DNA from: a virus
Taxonomy: Duplodnaviria; Caudoviricetes
IMG/VR virus record: IMGVR_UViG_3300023106_000155
Span: 1 to 54,946 of that record
Length of the DNA stretch: 54,946 nucleotides
Direction: 5' to 3' (one strand)
A program made the position numbers and the translations under genes. Each line of letters opens with the position of its first letter. Position 1 is the stretch's first letter. Below the pieces are notes generated by a model. It did not search any database and had not been told where the DNA came from. It saw only the letters and a list, made by a program, of their open reading frames with translations. This document shows positions 47,459 to 54,946 of the stretch, in pieces.

Positions 47459-47742
47459 TGTTTAATGTCAATTTTGGAAGCAAAATCTATTGCTTGCTGT
47501 TTATCGGTAACTTTTAGGAAAATAAATCTTCCAGTATTTTGATTATATCCATCCCACTTACCTCTGGAATCTTTATAAATTATTTTATAATTATCATTTG
47601 ATGATAATTTTTCCTTCATGAAAATCTGTTCAACAACATTTTCAATATCATTGGTTACAGACATATTTCCTTTATCCAAATCTTCAATTATAATAATCTG
47701 TTGCTTTGAAAGTATTTCGTATTTATAATCTGATTTAGTCAT
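47446..47742 (-). CDS. Hypothetical phage protein
   Basis: EDL..G..SVTNDIE.V, IIYKDS.G.WDG. Confidence 0.7.
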   Translation of the reverse strand: MTKSDYKYEILSKQQIIIIEDLDKGNMSVTNDIENVVEQIFMKEKLSSNDNYKIIYKDSRGKWDGYNQNTGRFIFLKVTDKQQAIDFASKIDIKQWLS

Positions 47743-47743
47743 T

Positions 47744-48481
47744 TTAAAAAGGTGTTTTATTAAAATTTAATGTCATTCCGTTTCTGGCGGCGGTGACTTT
47801 TTTTTGAGTTAGATCAAATACTTCTTTCTCAAATTGCCTTTCATTGGAATTTCCATCAGAAAGGTGAATAAGGACAATATTATTTACAGATTTCAAATCA
47901 TTTGCTCTCAAAAGTTCCTTGCAGTTTTCAATAGAAAAGTGGCTTTGAATAATCCTGTTTTTTAAAAATTCTTTACCGCTTTCCGGACCAAGTCTCTTCA
48001 TTATAATTTCCTTCGAATAATTGGCCTCAACGATAATATTATTCAAACCTGAAAAAGTGTATTTGCAATAATATGTGTCAGTAATAAAAAGAACTTTACC
48101 ACAATCATAATGAGAAATCAGAAAACCTAAACATGGTACATCATGCTTTAAATCAAAAGGCATTACCGTAAATCCTCCAATTTTATAAGTCTTTTTAGGA
48201 TATAGAAAATGAGCTCTGTGAATGATTCCAGTATTTGTATTTGTAAAAGTTTCAGTTGATGCGTAAACATCAATTCCTGCTTTCAAAACTTCTGAAATAC
48301 TTTTTGCATGATCGCCGTGTGAATGCGAAACAAGACAGCCAGCAACTTTACTGATATTAAAATTCAAAGCTTTCTTAATCTCCGAGAACCTTACCCCGCA
48401 CTCGATAAGCAATGCTTCCTTTTCATTTTCCAAAACATAAGCATTGCCTGTTGAGCCGGTTCCAATAATTTTAAGTTCCAT
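47744..48481 (-). CDS. MBL-fold metallo-hydrolase (YycJ-like exonuclease partner of RecT)
   Basis: GSTGN, HSHGDH, HDV, TDT, EANY, HLS. Confidence 0.9.
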   Translation of the reverse strand: MELKIIGTGSTGNAYVLENEKEALLIECGVRFSEIKKALNFNISKVAGCLVSHSHGDHAKSISEVLKAGIDVYASTETFTNTNTGIIHRAHFLYPKKTYKIGGFTVMPFDLKHDVPCLGFLISHYDCGKVLFITDTYYCKYTFSGLNNIIVEANYSKEIIMKRLGPESGKEFLKNRIIQSHFSIENCKELLRANDLKSVNNIVLIHLSDGNSNERQFEKEVFDLTQKKVTAARNGMTLNFNKTPF

Positions 48482-49536
48482 TAGAAACCTGGACCGTCTA
48501 AAGTTTGCTGAATTGCTGGCTCACTTGAATCTTCTGGCAAATCCAGATTTTCTTTTTCAGTATGATCTTCTTCTACCAATTCAGCTTCTTCAAAATCTAG
48601 ATTTTCTTTGTTAGCATTTAAAAGAATCTCCTCAGCAACTTTGTTATCAACCATTTCAGCATCACGCTTGATTACTTGAACATAAGAATCATCAATTTTT
48701 TGACTGTCAATTGTGATAACATTGTATGCTGCTTTTGCAACTGTTTTGAAAGCCATCTCGTAAAACCAACCTTCTATCTTGATTTTTTTTCCAGTCTTTT
48801 GACCGTTCACCCATTCATCTTTTTCACCTCCCCAGAACTCTGCAGAAGCTTTTGCTGGCATTCTTTTAATAATATCCTCTAATGTGAAAACTCTGATTTT
48901 GTTTTTTCGAGGATCATCGTTATATGAATGGTAGTAGAATCCTCCGACGATCTCCCCTCTATTAAAATCATTGATGACTTTGAAAGAATAAGTTTCTACT
49001 TCTGTTTCTCGATCCTTTTTAAACTGCTTAAATTCATCAGTCGAATAAACAATCTCTACGATAACTTCATCAGGTACATCAAAGCCATACTTTTTAGCTT
49101 TAATTTCAATTCCCTTATATCCCATGATGAAACCAATGTCAAACTTTTGCGTATTGCTATTTTTAAAAGGAATGATATTTATGTGGTTTGGCTGTAAAGG
49201 ATCCAAACCGACTGCAGAATAACAAACCACATCAACCGCAAGTCTTTGCATATTTACATTTTCCCATACATAAGCTAAACCATCTCGATACTGCTCACTT
49301 GTAGCAAGTCTCTTCTTTTCAGCTTCTTTCAAGGTCTGGTCAAGTTTGATGAAGTAGCTTTGGCAAAGCTTTCTTTGGAATTTTGTTAGATTCACATCGC
49401 TAACACCAGTTGAGAATTCAGCCATTACCATATTTGTAAATCGCTCGCTAGCTGTCGGTTTCGAAACTGAAACTTGAGTATTTTCTTCTTTTGGTTGTGC
49501 TGGGATTTCAGCAACTTTATTTTCTTCTTGTGACAT
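48481..49536 (-). CDS. recT: RecT-family ssDNA annealing recombinase
   Basis: GLDP, IIPF, GYKG, VYSTDEF, W..EMAFKT; between SbcC-like ATPase and MBL nuclease. Confidence 0.8.
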   Translation of the reverse strand: MSQEENKVAEIPAQPKEENTQVSVSKPTASERFTNMVMAEFSTGVSDVNLTKFQRKLCQSYFIKLDQTLKEAEKKRLATSEQYRDGLAYVWENVNMQRLAVDVVCYSAVGLDPLQPNHINIIPFKNSNTQKFDIGFIMGYKGIEIKAKKYGFDVPDEVIVEIVYSTDEFKQFKKDRETEVETYSFKVINDFNRGEIVGGFYYHSYNDDPRKNKIRVFTLEDIIKRMPAKASAEFWGGEKDEWVNGQKTGKKIKIEGWFYEMAFKTVAKAAYNVITIDSQKIDDSYVQVIKRDAEMVDNKVAEEILLNANKENLDFEEAELVEEDHTEKENLDLPEDSSEPAIQQTLDGPGF

Positions 49537-49623
49537 GATTATAATTTTTAGATTAAAAAAGCCAGCTTATAAAATTTCTAAACTTCCACCGGCAATAAGT
49601 TTTTCCTCTCTCGGTTTTATTTT

Positions 49624-50061
49624 TTATGTAAGATCAAATTCAAATATTTTTGAATTGTCATACATAGCTTCAAATATTTTAGGAAAGTCAATGTTTGCTA
49701 GACAAATATTCATACTATCATCCCAAAATTGGCTATAAGTTATTTTATCACCATTTTCATCTATTCTCTTGACTTTTATTCTTGGTCTAGGCGCTATTAG
49801 TGTCGCTGGCTTTCCAGCTTCATGAAGTCCAAAACAGATTTCTCTTGTTCTATCTTCATGAGTGAAATTTTCATCCATTACTGAAATTCCTTGGTTAATT
49901 TTAGATAAAAGATTTATATCCGTATAGTGAACATATCTATGGTCTAAATTTATCATTGTGGAAATAACATGATCCTCAGCTTTTTCGAATTTCATTGTTT
50001 TGCAATTCAGCCTAAACTTCAAATAACCTAGCGTTATTAAATACTCTTCAAATTTGCTCAT
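49624..50061 (-). CDS. Hypothetical protein
   Basis: 145-aa ORF. Confidence 0.7.
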   Translation of the reverse strand: MSKFEEYLITLGYLKFRLNCKTMKFEKAEDHVISTMINLDHRYVHYTDINLLSKINQGISVMDENFTHEDRTREICFGLHEAGKPATLIAPRPRIKVKRIDENGDKITYSQFWDDSMNICLANIDFPKIFEAMYDNSKIFEFDLT

Positions 50062-50071
50062 ATTGCGATAT

Positions 50072-52081
50072 TTAAGCGACTCTTAAAGTTTTATCTTTTT
50101 CAGAAACAATAAGATTGATTATCTGAGAATTTGTATCAATAATTTCAACCACACTTTCGCGGTTGTCAATGAAAATCGGTGCTGAAACTTGGTAATAGTC
50201 ACATAATACATTTATTATATCAAGTCCGGCGTTAATCCTTGAAGCTGTATTTGCATCAGAAAAAGGAACTCCATTGACAAGAATTTCACATGCTGGAGAT
50301 TCGCCTCCATTCACTTGCTGGTCAAACATTCTGAATTTTACCATTTGAAATTTAGAATTCACTTTTTGCTCAAGTGATTCCATTTTCAACTTTTCAAATC
50401 TCTCGATGGTAAACTGGGTTTTTTCTGTATTTGCAACAATTTGAGCCAAATTAGATTCTTCTTGTTTTAGTGCTTCTATTCTGGAATTTGCCTGTGTGAT
50501 TTGAGCCTCAATTTGTAGCTTGGTTTTAATTTGGTCGATTTCAGAAATAATCTGGTTTCTTTGAGATTTAAGTTCATCGATATCCACCTTCGGAACTTCT
50601 TTCATTTGTTCTTCCAATTGTACCAGTTCAGCCTTTTTTTCTTGGTAAAGAATATTTTTTGAAAGCATGTCATTGTAAACATCTTCTTCGCTTAGCAAAT
50701 CTTTTGCATCGGCATGTTTGCTTTTTTCTAGTACTAAATCAGCCTCAGCTTTTTCGATAGTTTTCTTAATATCTGTTATTAACTTTTTGCCGTTTTCGAT
50801 TCTAGACTTTAAGGTATTTAATTCAGTTTCTAAAGCTATTGTTTCATTAGCCAAAGACTGTCCCTGCATCATAATTGTATTTAAAGTTAAAGTCTTATTT
50901 GCGTTGAAAGTAGAAAGCATTTCAGTCTTCTTTGTCTCAACATCTTCAGACTCAAAGTTTCTTTTGCAAGTAGGGCAACAGAATTCATTTTCATCAAAAA
51001 TAGCAGTCTTAGCATTTTCTGCATTCCATTCATTTCTTTTTGCATCCATTTTTGAAGTAGTGGAAGCAATCTCATTTTCACAAGTTGAAACTTTTGTCTC
51101 TAAAATTGAAAGCGTATTCTCAGCAGATTTCAATTCCTGAGTTTTGTCCGTAATAGTATTTTGAATAAGCATCAAAGATGTTTCATCCGGTGTAACTTGA
51201 TCTTTTGCAGTTTTGCGAGTTGTAATTTCAATAGTTGAAATATCAGCTTTCAATCCGTGAGCTTTCATCTGCTTCTGTCTATGCGCTTCAAGAATTGAAT
51301 CAAACGCGGCAGATTTATCTTGGATTTGCTTATCTATATGTTTTAGTTCTAGATCTTTGCTGTCAAGTTCAGTTCTTAATGCGTTGAAATCTAAAGTTTC
51401 AGGAATACTTTTAGAAACTTCATCAATTCTAGTTGGAATAGCTTTTAACTCATCCTTTGATTTCTTAACCTCAGCCAAAATCTGTTTTTGGTAATCAGAC
51501 AGCGTTTTACCTTGTGTTAGTTTTGAAACCAATTCTTCATATTCAGAATTCCCTTTTGCAAGCTCTTCATTTGATACATCACCGAACATTGTAGTTAGGA
51601 GAGATCTTCTATCCTGCCATTTAATATCGTTGAAAGCTAAAGGGTTTGTGATCAGTTTGAAAACGCTTTCTTCTAAAACAGAATTTATTTTAGATACGAA
51701 GTCTTTTTGCGGCATCGGAACGCCATTCCAGAAATAAACAGTCTCATTTCCCGTCATTCGAGAAAATTCCTCACCTTTTTTCTTTTCCCATTTTTCTTTG
51801 TAAACTCTTTTTAAGGTATTCTCCTCACCATCGATTACCATAATTGCTTCTACTTCGTGATCCTGGCGGTTTAATTCTTTTTCAACGGTATTTTTAATAC
51901 TGAAGTCTTTTTTGTCATCAGCATTTTTACCGAAAAGCAACCAAAGGAATGCATCATAAGTTGTGCTTTTGTAAGTTCCATTTGCACCATAAAGGCTAGT
52001 TTTCTCATTGAAAGGAATGTCTAATTTTCTAGCACCTTTGAAATTTGTTACGACTAAGCGTTTTAATTGAACTGTTTTCAT
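50072..52081 (-). CDS. SbcC/Rad50-like ABC ATPase with coiled coil and CxxC hook
   Basis: NFKG, GANGTYKST, CPTC, PIFIDNRES. Confidence 0.9.
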   Translation of the reverse strand: MKTVQLKRLVVTNFKGARKLDIPFNEKTSLYGANGTYKSTTYDAFLWLLFGKNADDKKDFSIKNTVEKELNRQDHEVEAIMVIDGEENTLKRVYKEKWEKKKGEEFSRMTGNETVYFWNGVPMPQKDFVSKINSVLEESVFKLITNPLAFNDIKWQDRRSLLTTMFGDVSNEELAKGNSEYEELVSKLTQGKTLSDYQKQILAEVKKSKDELKAIPTRIDEVSKSIPETLDFNALRTELDSKDLELKHIDKQIQDKSAAFDSILEAHRQKQMKAHGLKADISTIEITTRKTAKDQVTPDETSLMLIQNTITDKTQELKSAENTLSILETKVSTCENEIASTTSKMDAKRNEWNAENAKTAIFDENEFCCPTCKRNFESEDVETKKTEMLSTFNANKTLTLNTIMMQGQSLANETIALETELNTLKSRIENGKKLITDIKKTIEKAEADLVLEKSKHADAKDLLSEEDVYNDMLSKNILYQEKKAELVQLEEQMKEVPKVDIDELKSQRNQIISEIDQIKTKLQIEAQITQANSRIEALKQEESNLAQIVANTEKTQFTIERFEKLKMESLEQKVNSKFQMVKFRMFDQQVNGGESPACEILVNGVPFSDANTASRINAGLDIINVLCDYYQVSAPIFIDNRESVVEIIDTNSQIINLIVSEKDKTLRVA

Positions 52082-52132
52082 AAATTTGTTGTTGAATAAT
52101 TATTAAATGTTACTTGTTAATGTTTGGTATTA

Positions 52133-52161
52133 AGGCCTGATGTTCGAGCATCAGGCTTTTT
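52133..52161 (+). terminator. Plus-strand terminator inside a minus-strand operon
   Basis: GGCCTGATGT-TCGA-GCATCAGGCT followed by T tract. Confidence 0.7.
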
Positions 52162-52291
52162 TGTTTTTCCTCCAGAATTCACTCTCATGAATTTGATGAT
52201 CATCTTCATCTTTAAAATCAGGATCAGATCTAAAGCAGATTATTAAAATCCAGATTGTGGTTCCGATAACCCCGAAGAATAATCCTATCAT
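52151..52291 (-). CDS. 46-aa membrane peptide (MIGLFFGVIGTTIWILIICFRSDPDF...)
   Basis: Manual translation; fills gap in early operon. Confidence 0.55.
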   Translation of the reverse strand: MIGLFFGVIGTTIWILIICFRSDPDFKDEDDHQIHESEFWRKNKKA

Positions 52292-52310
52292 GATTATATA
52301 TCCTAAAGCT

Positions 52311-52544
52311 TCAATTGCGTTTTCCATTTGTCAGTCCTGCTAAAAGTGAAATTTTATCTTTTTCTGAGAGTTGATGCTTGACCTTTCGGCCCTGCTCTTC
52401 TAAAGCTCCCAACTCTTGAAGAGCAGATTTTGCTGTTGTTTCGAGACGAGCAGCTAAACTGTAATTCTGCATTGCCAGCGCTTGCATTTCTGATGAGGAT
52501 GCTAGCAGGTTTTTGTAGGATCGTATTAATTCTTTCTTATTCAT
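52311..52544 (-). CDS. Hypothetical protein
   Basis: 77-aa ORF. Confidence 0.65.
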   Translation of the reverse strand: MNKKELIRSYKNLLASSSEMQALAMQNYSLAARLETTAKSALQELGALEEQGRKVKHQLSEKDKISLLAGLTNGKRN

Positions 52545-52546
52545 GA

Positions 52547-52828
52547 CTAGGCTGTTATTTGCTTAAGTCTATTGTAAGTATTTAAAATGCTTTTGTTTTT
52601 TTCAATTTTAGAAATAGACTCATCTGATTTTAATATTGTAAATCTGATAAGGTTTTCAACTGTTGAAAATGAATTTTCGTAGACATTACAACCTCTTAGA
52701 ATATCTCTGATGTTATAAGGAGATACTTTTCCCTCTGCTCGACAGACAACTGCCCAATCTGGAAAATCAGTCATATCTTTTAGTGCATTCCTTAATTCTT
52801 CTGGGAGTGGCTTACCGATATCGAACAT
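52547..52828 (-). CDS. Possible Cro-like HTH regulator
   Basis: DWAVVC...KVSPYNIRDILRG HTH-like pattern; early operon divergent from CI. Confidence 0.5.
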   Translation of the reverse strand: MFDIGKPLPEELRNALKDMTDFPDWAVVCRAEGKVSPYNIRDILRGCNVYENSFSTVENLIRFTILKSDESISKIEKNKSILNTYNRLKQITA

Positions 52829-52838
52829 AATTTTTATA

Positions 52839-52940
52839 TTATTGGATTAAACAATTTGTAACTTTCACAAGACAAATACTTGTCAAGATTATCATGGCTA
52901 TAAGAAATACAGCCTCTTTATTTTTAATTCTTGTGATCAT
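52839..52940 (-). CDS. 33-aa hydrophobic peptide MITRIKNKEAVFLIAMIILTSICLVKVTNCLIQ
   Basis: Manual translation; ATGA overlap with upstream gene. Confidence 0.5.
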   Translation of the reverse strand: MITRIKNKEAVFLIAMIILTSICLVKVTNCLIQ

Positions 52941-53206
52941 CCTATTTTTTTTAGATTATTTTGTTGTTGCTTTTTCGATACAAATGATTTTTCATATTTT
53001 AAAGCTCTTTCCAAATTTTCTAAAATTGAAAACTTCACATTTAGATAATCTCTCAAAGCCAATCTCAAGCAATTCAATTCAGCTTCTTTACTTTCATTAT
53101 TACTGAAAATTGAATAAAAAGGAAGTGTTTCTACAACATCAATTTCTTTTTGAGTTTCAGAGATAAGTTTATTTATCCTTTTGAGCTTTCTTATTATTTT
53201 TTTCAT
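52937..53206 (-). CDS. Hypothetical basic coiled-coil protein, first early gene
   Basis: 89-aa ORF divergent from CI. Confidence 0.65.
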   Translation of the reverse strand: MKKIIRKLKRINKLISETQKEIDVVETLPFYSIFSNNESKEAELNCLRLALRDYLNVKFSILENLERALKYEKSFVSKKQQQNNLKKIG

Positions 53207-53249
53207 TTTAATAAATATTAATTTTCCACTTTTGAGGTTTCCCGTAATC

Positions 53250-53391
53250 CTAATAGTTTCAAAAAATGTATATTTGTATTGTTGTTACATTTAGACAGGA
53301 CAAAGTAAACTAAAATGAAACTATTATGCAACTATAAATCGCTATTTATTTTCATATTAGTTTCAATTTATAATTATTCTAAATTAATTTT
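53250..53391. promoter_or_regulatory. Lysis-lysogeny switch region with TGAAACTA-type repeats and a Fur-box-like site at 53366..53384
   Basis: Divergent intergenic region; GTAAACTA/TGAAACTA/TGCAACTA spaced 11 bp, inverted TAGTTTCA copies. Confidence 0.55.
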
Positions 53392-54165
53392 ATGGAAAGT
53401 ATCGCAAATCGCGTACAGTCATTGATGGAAGATAAAGGCTTGACAGCATATCAGTTATCTAAAAAGGGCAATATATCAGCAGCAACATTAAGCAGGTTGC
53501 TTAAACAAAATTCCAAACCTAATTCTGAAACTATTTCTAAAATATGCAATTATTTTGAAATTAGTGAGGCTTGGCTTTTGAGTGGCAATGGTGATAAGTA
53601 TATTGATGCATCAAAACTCATAGTTAATGATGCTTATTCTATAGATGTTCATACAAATAGCAATGCAAATCAATTTATTAAACTTCCAAATGGCCAATAT
53701 TTAATGACAATGCCACTCGCAGAATTTAGCATACAGGCTGGCTTACTTGATCATTATCAAGATTTAGAATTCCTAGCAGATATGCAACAGCACAGTATCA
53801 TAGTTGAAAAACCCGTTAAAGGTCGATATATCGCTTTTAGGGTTAAAGGCGATAGCATGGAAGATGGCTCTAATGAATCAATCAGCCAGAATAGTATCGT
53901 ATCTACTAGAGAGCTTAACAGGCAGTATTGGTTAAGCAAACTTAGAACTAAAGACTTTCCATACTGGGTAATTTATACTTCTCAATCAAAGTATCCGCTC
54001 TTGAAAGAAATAACAAATCACGATGTCGAAAACGGAATAATTACTTGTCACTCCTTAAATGATTCTCCAGAGTATGGAGATTTTCCATTATCAATAAATG
54101 ATATCCAGGCTTTATTTTATGTTATAGATGTAAGCAAAACAATATCAAGAAAACTAACTTACTAG
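53392..54165 (+). CDS. cI: CI-like repressor (XRE HTH + S24 autopeptidase)
   Basis: LTAYQLSK..ISAATLSR HTH, WLLSG.G, QAG cleavage site, GDSM Ser, LLK Lys. Confidence 0.92.
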   Translation: MESIANRVQSLMEDKGLTAYQLSKKGNISAATLSRLLKQNSKPNSETISKICNYFEISEAWLLSGNGDKYIDASKLIVNDAYSIDVHTNSNANQFIKLPNGQYLMTMPLAEFSIQAGLLDHYQDLEFLADMQQHSIIVEKPVKGRYIAFRVKGDSMEDGSNESISQNSIVSTRELNRQYWLSKLRTKDFPYWVIYTSQSKYPLLKEITNHDVENGIITCHSLNDSPEYGDFPLSINDIQALFYVIDVSKTISRKLTY

Positions 54166-54169
54166 AATT

Positions 54170-54682
54170 ATGAAAAATATTACACAAGCATTAATTTTAT
54201 TAATTTCAACTATTGGATACTCTCAAAAAATAGCTGAGAATAAAATAGATGAATTCACTAAAAGAAAAATCATTCGAACTGAATGGGAGAATGTTTCCGG
54301 TATGACAAATTTATATTTAAGTACTAGAATCAGCAGAATTGATTCAACAAGTTATTTGGATATGAAATTTTTAACACAAACTGTTACATCAATAAGAACA
54401 GATGATGATGTTTTATTTCTATTTACAGATGGTGAAATATCCAATTTGAAAAGCATCAAAAATGCTATTTCTGGATATGGTGATGGAGCAAATGGTTTAG
54501 TCGGTTCAAAAGCTCTTGGGCTATATATTAATTGCAAATTATCAGACAAAGACATTGAGAATTTTAAAAACAAAACTGTTAATAAAGTCAGAATAAATAC
54601 TTCTCAAGGCTATTTGGAAGAAGAGATGAAACCAAAAAAAGCTGAGAAATTAATTAAAATGTTTGAATTGATTTATAAATAA
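54170..54682 (+). CDS. Exported protein co-transcribed with CI (possible superinfection exclusion)
   Basis: Signal peptide ending GYSQ; DEFTK motif. Confidence 0.7.
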   Translation: MKNITQALILLISTIGYSQKIAENKIDEFTKRKIIRTEWENVSGMTNLYLSTRISRIDSTSYLDMKFLTQTVTSIRTDDDVLFLFTDGEISNLKSIKNAISGYGDGANGLVGSKALGLYINCKLSDKDIENFKNKTVNKVRINTSQGYLEEEMKPKKAEKLIKMFELIYK

Positions 54683-54688
54683 TAGCCA

Positions 54689-54946
54689 ATGAATCCAGAC
54701 AAAAGAATGCTCAGGTTTATTGATCTTCTCATGTTTGAGAAAAAAATTAAATTCAATGCTGATTTTTGCAAAAGCATAGACATGAGAACCCAGACTCTGA
54801 CTAAAATTAGAAATGGAGACCAGCATTTTACATTGCAGCAGGTCCAAAAAGCTTGTGAAGTATACAATCTAAATGCAAATTGGGTATTTGGAATTAAAGA
54901 GAATGTTTATAACACAAAGAATAGCATAAAATTAAAAGATATTTAA
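54689..54946 (+). CDS. XRE-family HTH protein
   Basis: FCKSIDM..QTLTKIRNG, NANWVFG. Confidence 0.8.
   Translation: MNPDKRMLRFIDLLMFEKKIKFNADFCKSIDMRTQTLTKIRNGDQHFTLQQVQKACEVYNLNANWVFGIKENVYNTKNSIKLKDI

Larger units (their letters stand above)
1..54946. mobile_element. Temperate siphovirus-like prophage of a Bacteroidota (probably Flavobacteriaceae) host, integrated at a tRNA; right boundary not in window
   Basis: tRNA 3' end, then integrase, lysis, tail, head, terminase, replication, recombination and CI modules in phage order. Confidence 0.95.

Noticed and set aside
300-54867. Many antisense or overlapping ORFs in the six-frame track (e.g. 300..662, 3007..3357, 6461..6784, 24058..24528, 50718..51140)
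   Set aside because: Shadows of well-supported genes or RNA elements on the opposite strand, with no recognisable motifs
54689-54946. Right attachment site (second copy of tRNA 3' end)
   Set aside because: No repeat of bases 1-32 was found; the prophage boundary lies beyond the window

Overview
The window is almost entirely one temperate, siphovirus-like prophage of a Bacteroidota host, most likely Flavobacteriaceae (TAnnTTTG promoters, Flavobacterium-type DnaN). It is integrated at a tRNA whose 3' half lies at bases 1-32 (probably tRNA-Phe). Left to right: tyrosine integrase; three diverged paralogous acidic genes; an SRAP-umuC-umuD cassette; a small acidic-gene/HTH operon; lysis genes (u-spanin, amidase, holin); tail, head and packaging genes; morons; a DNA-modification/replication cluster (DndC-like PAPS reductase split by an in-frame TAA, DUF5131 radical SAM, DnaN, multi-TRD Dcm, SNF2-MTase fusion); a RecT/MBL/SbcC-like recombination module; and the Cro/CI switch. 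The right att site is not in the window. The most notable signals are: (1) an acr-aca-like operon whose operator recurs 23 kb away in front of a second small-gene operon; (2) Fur-box-like palindromes at identical positions in the head and tail-fibre promoters; (3) two ~200-nt promoter-to-terminator hairpin-chain ncRNA candidates plus a structured terL leader; (4) the paralog triplet beside the integrase; (5) a phage beta clamp with clamp-binding-like motifs on several phage DNA-modifying enzymes. All product calls come from motif recognition and synteny; no database searches were run.
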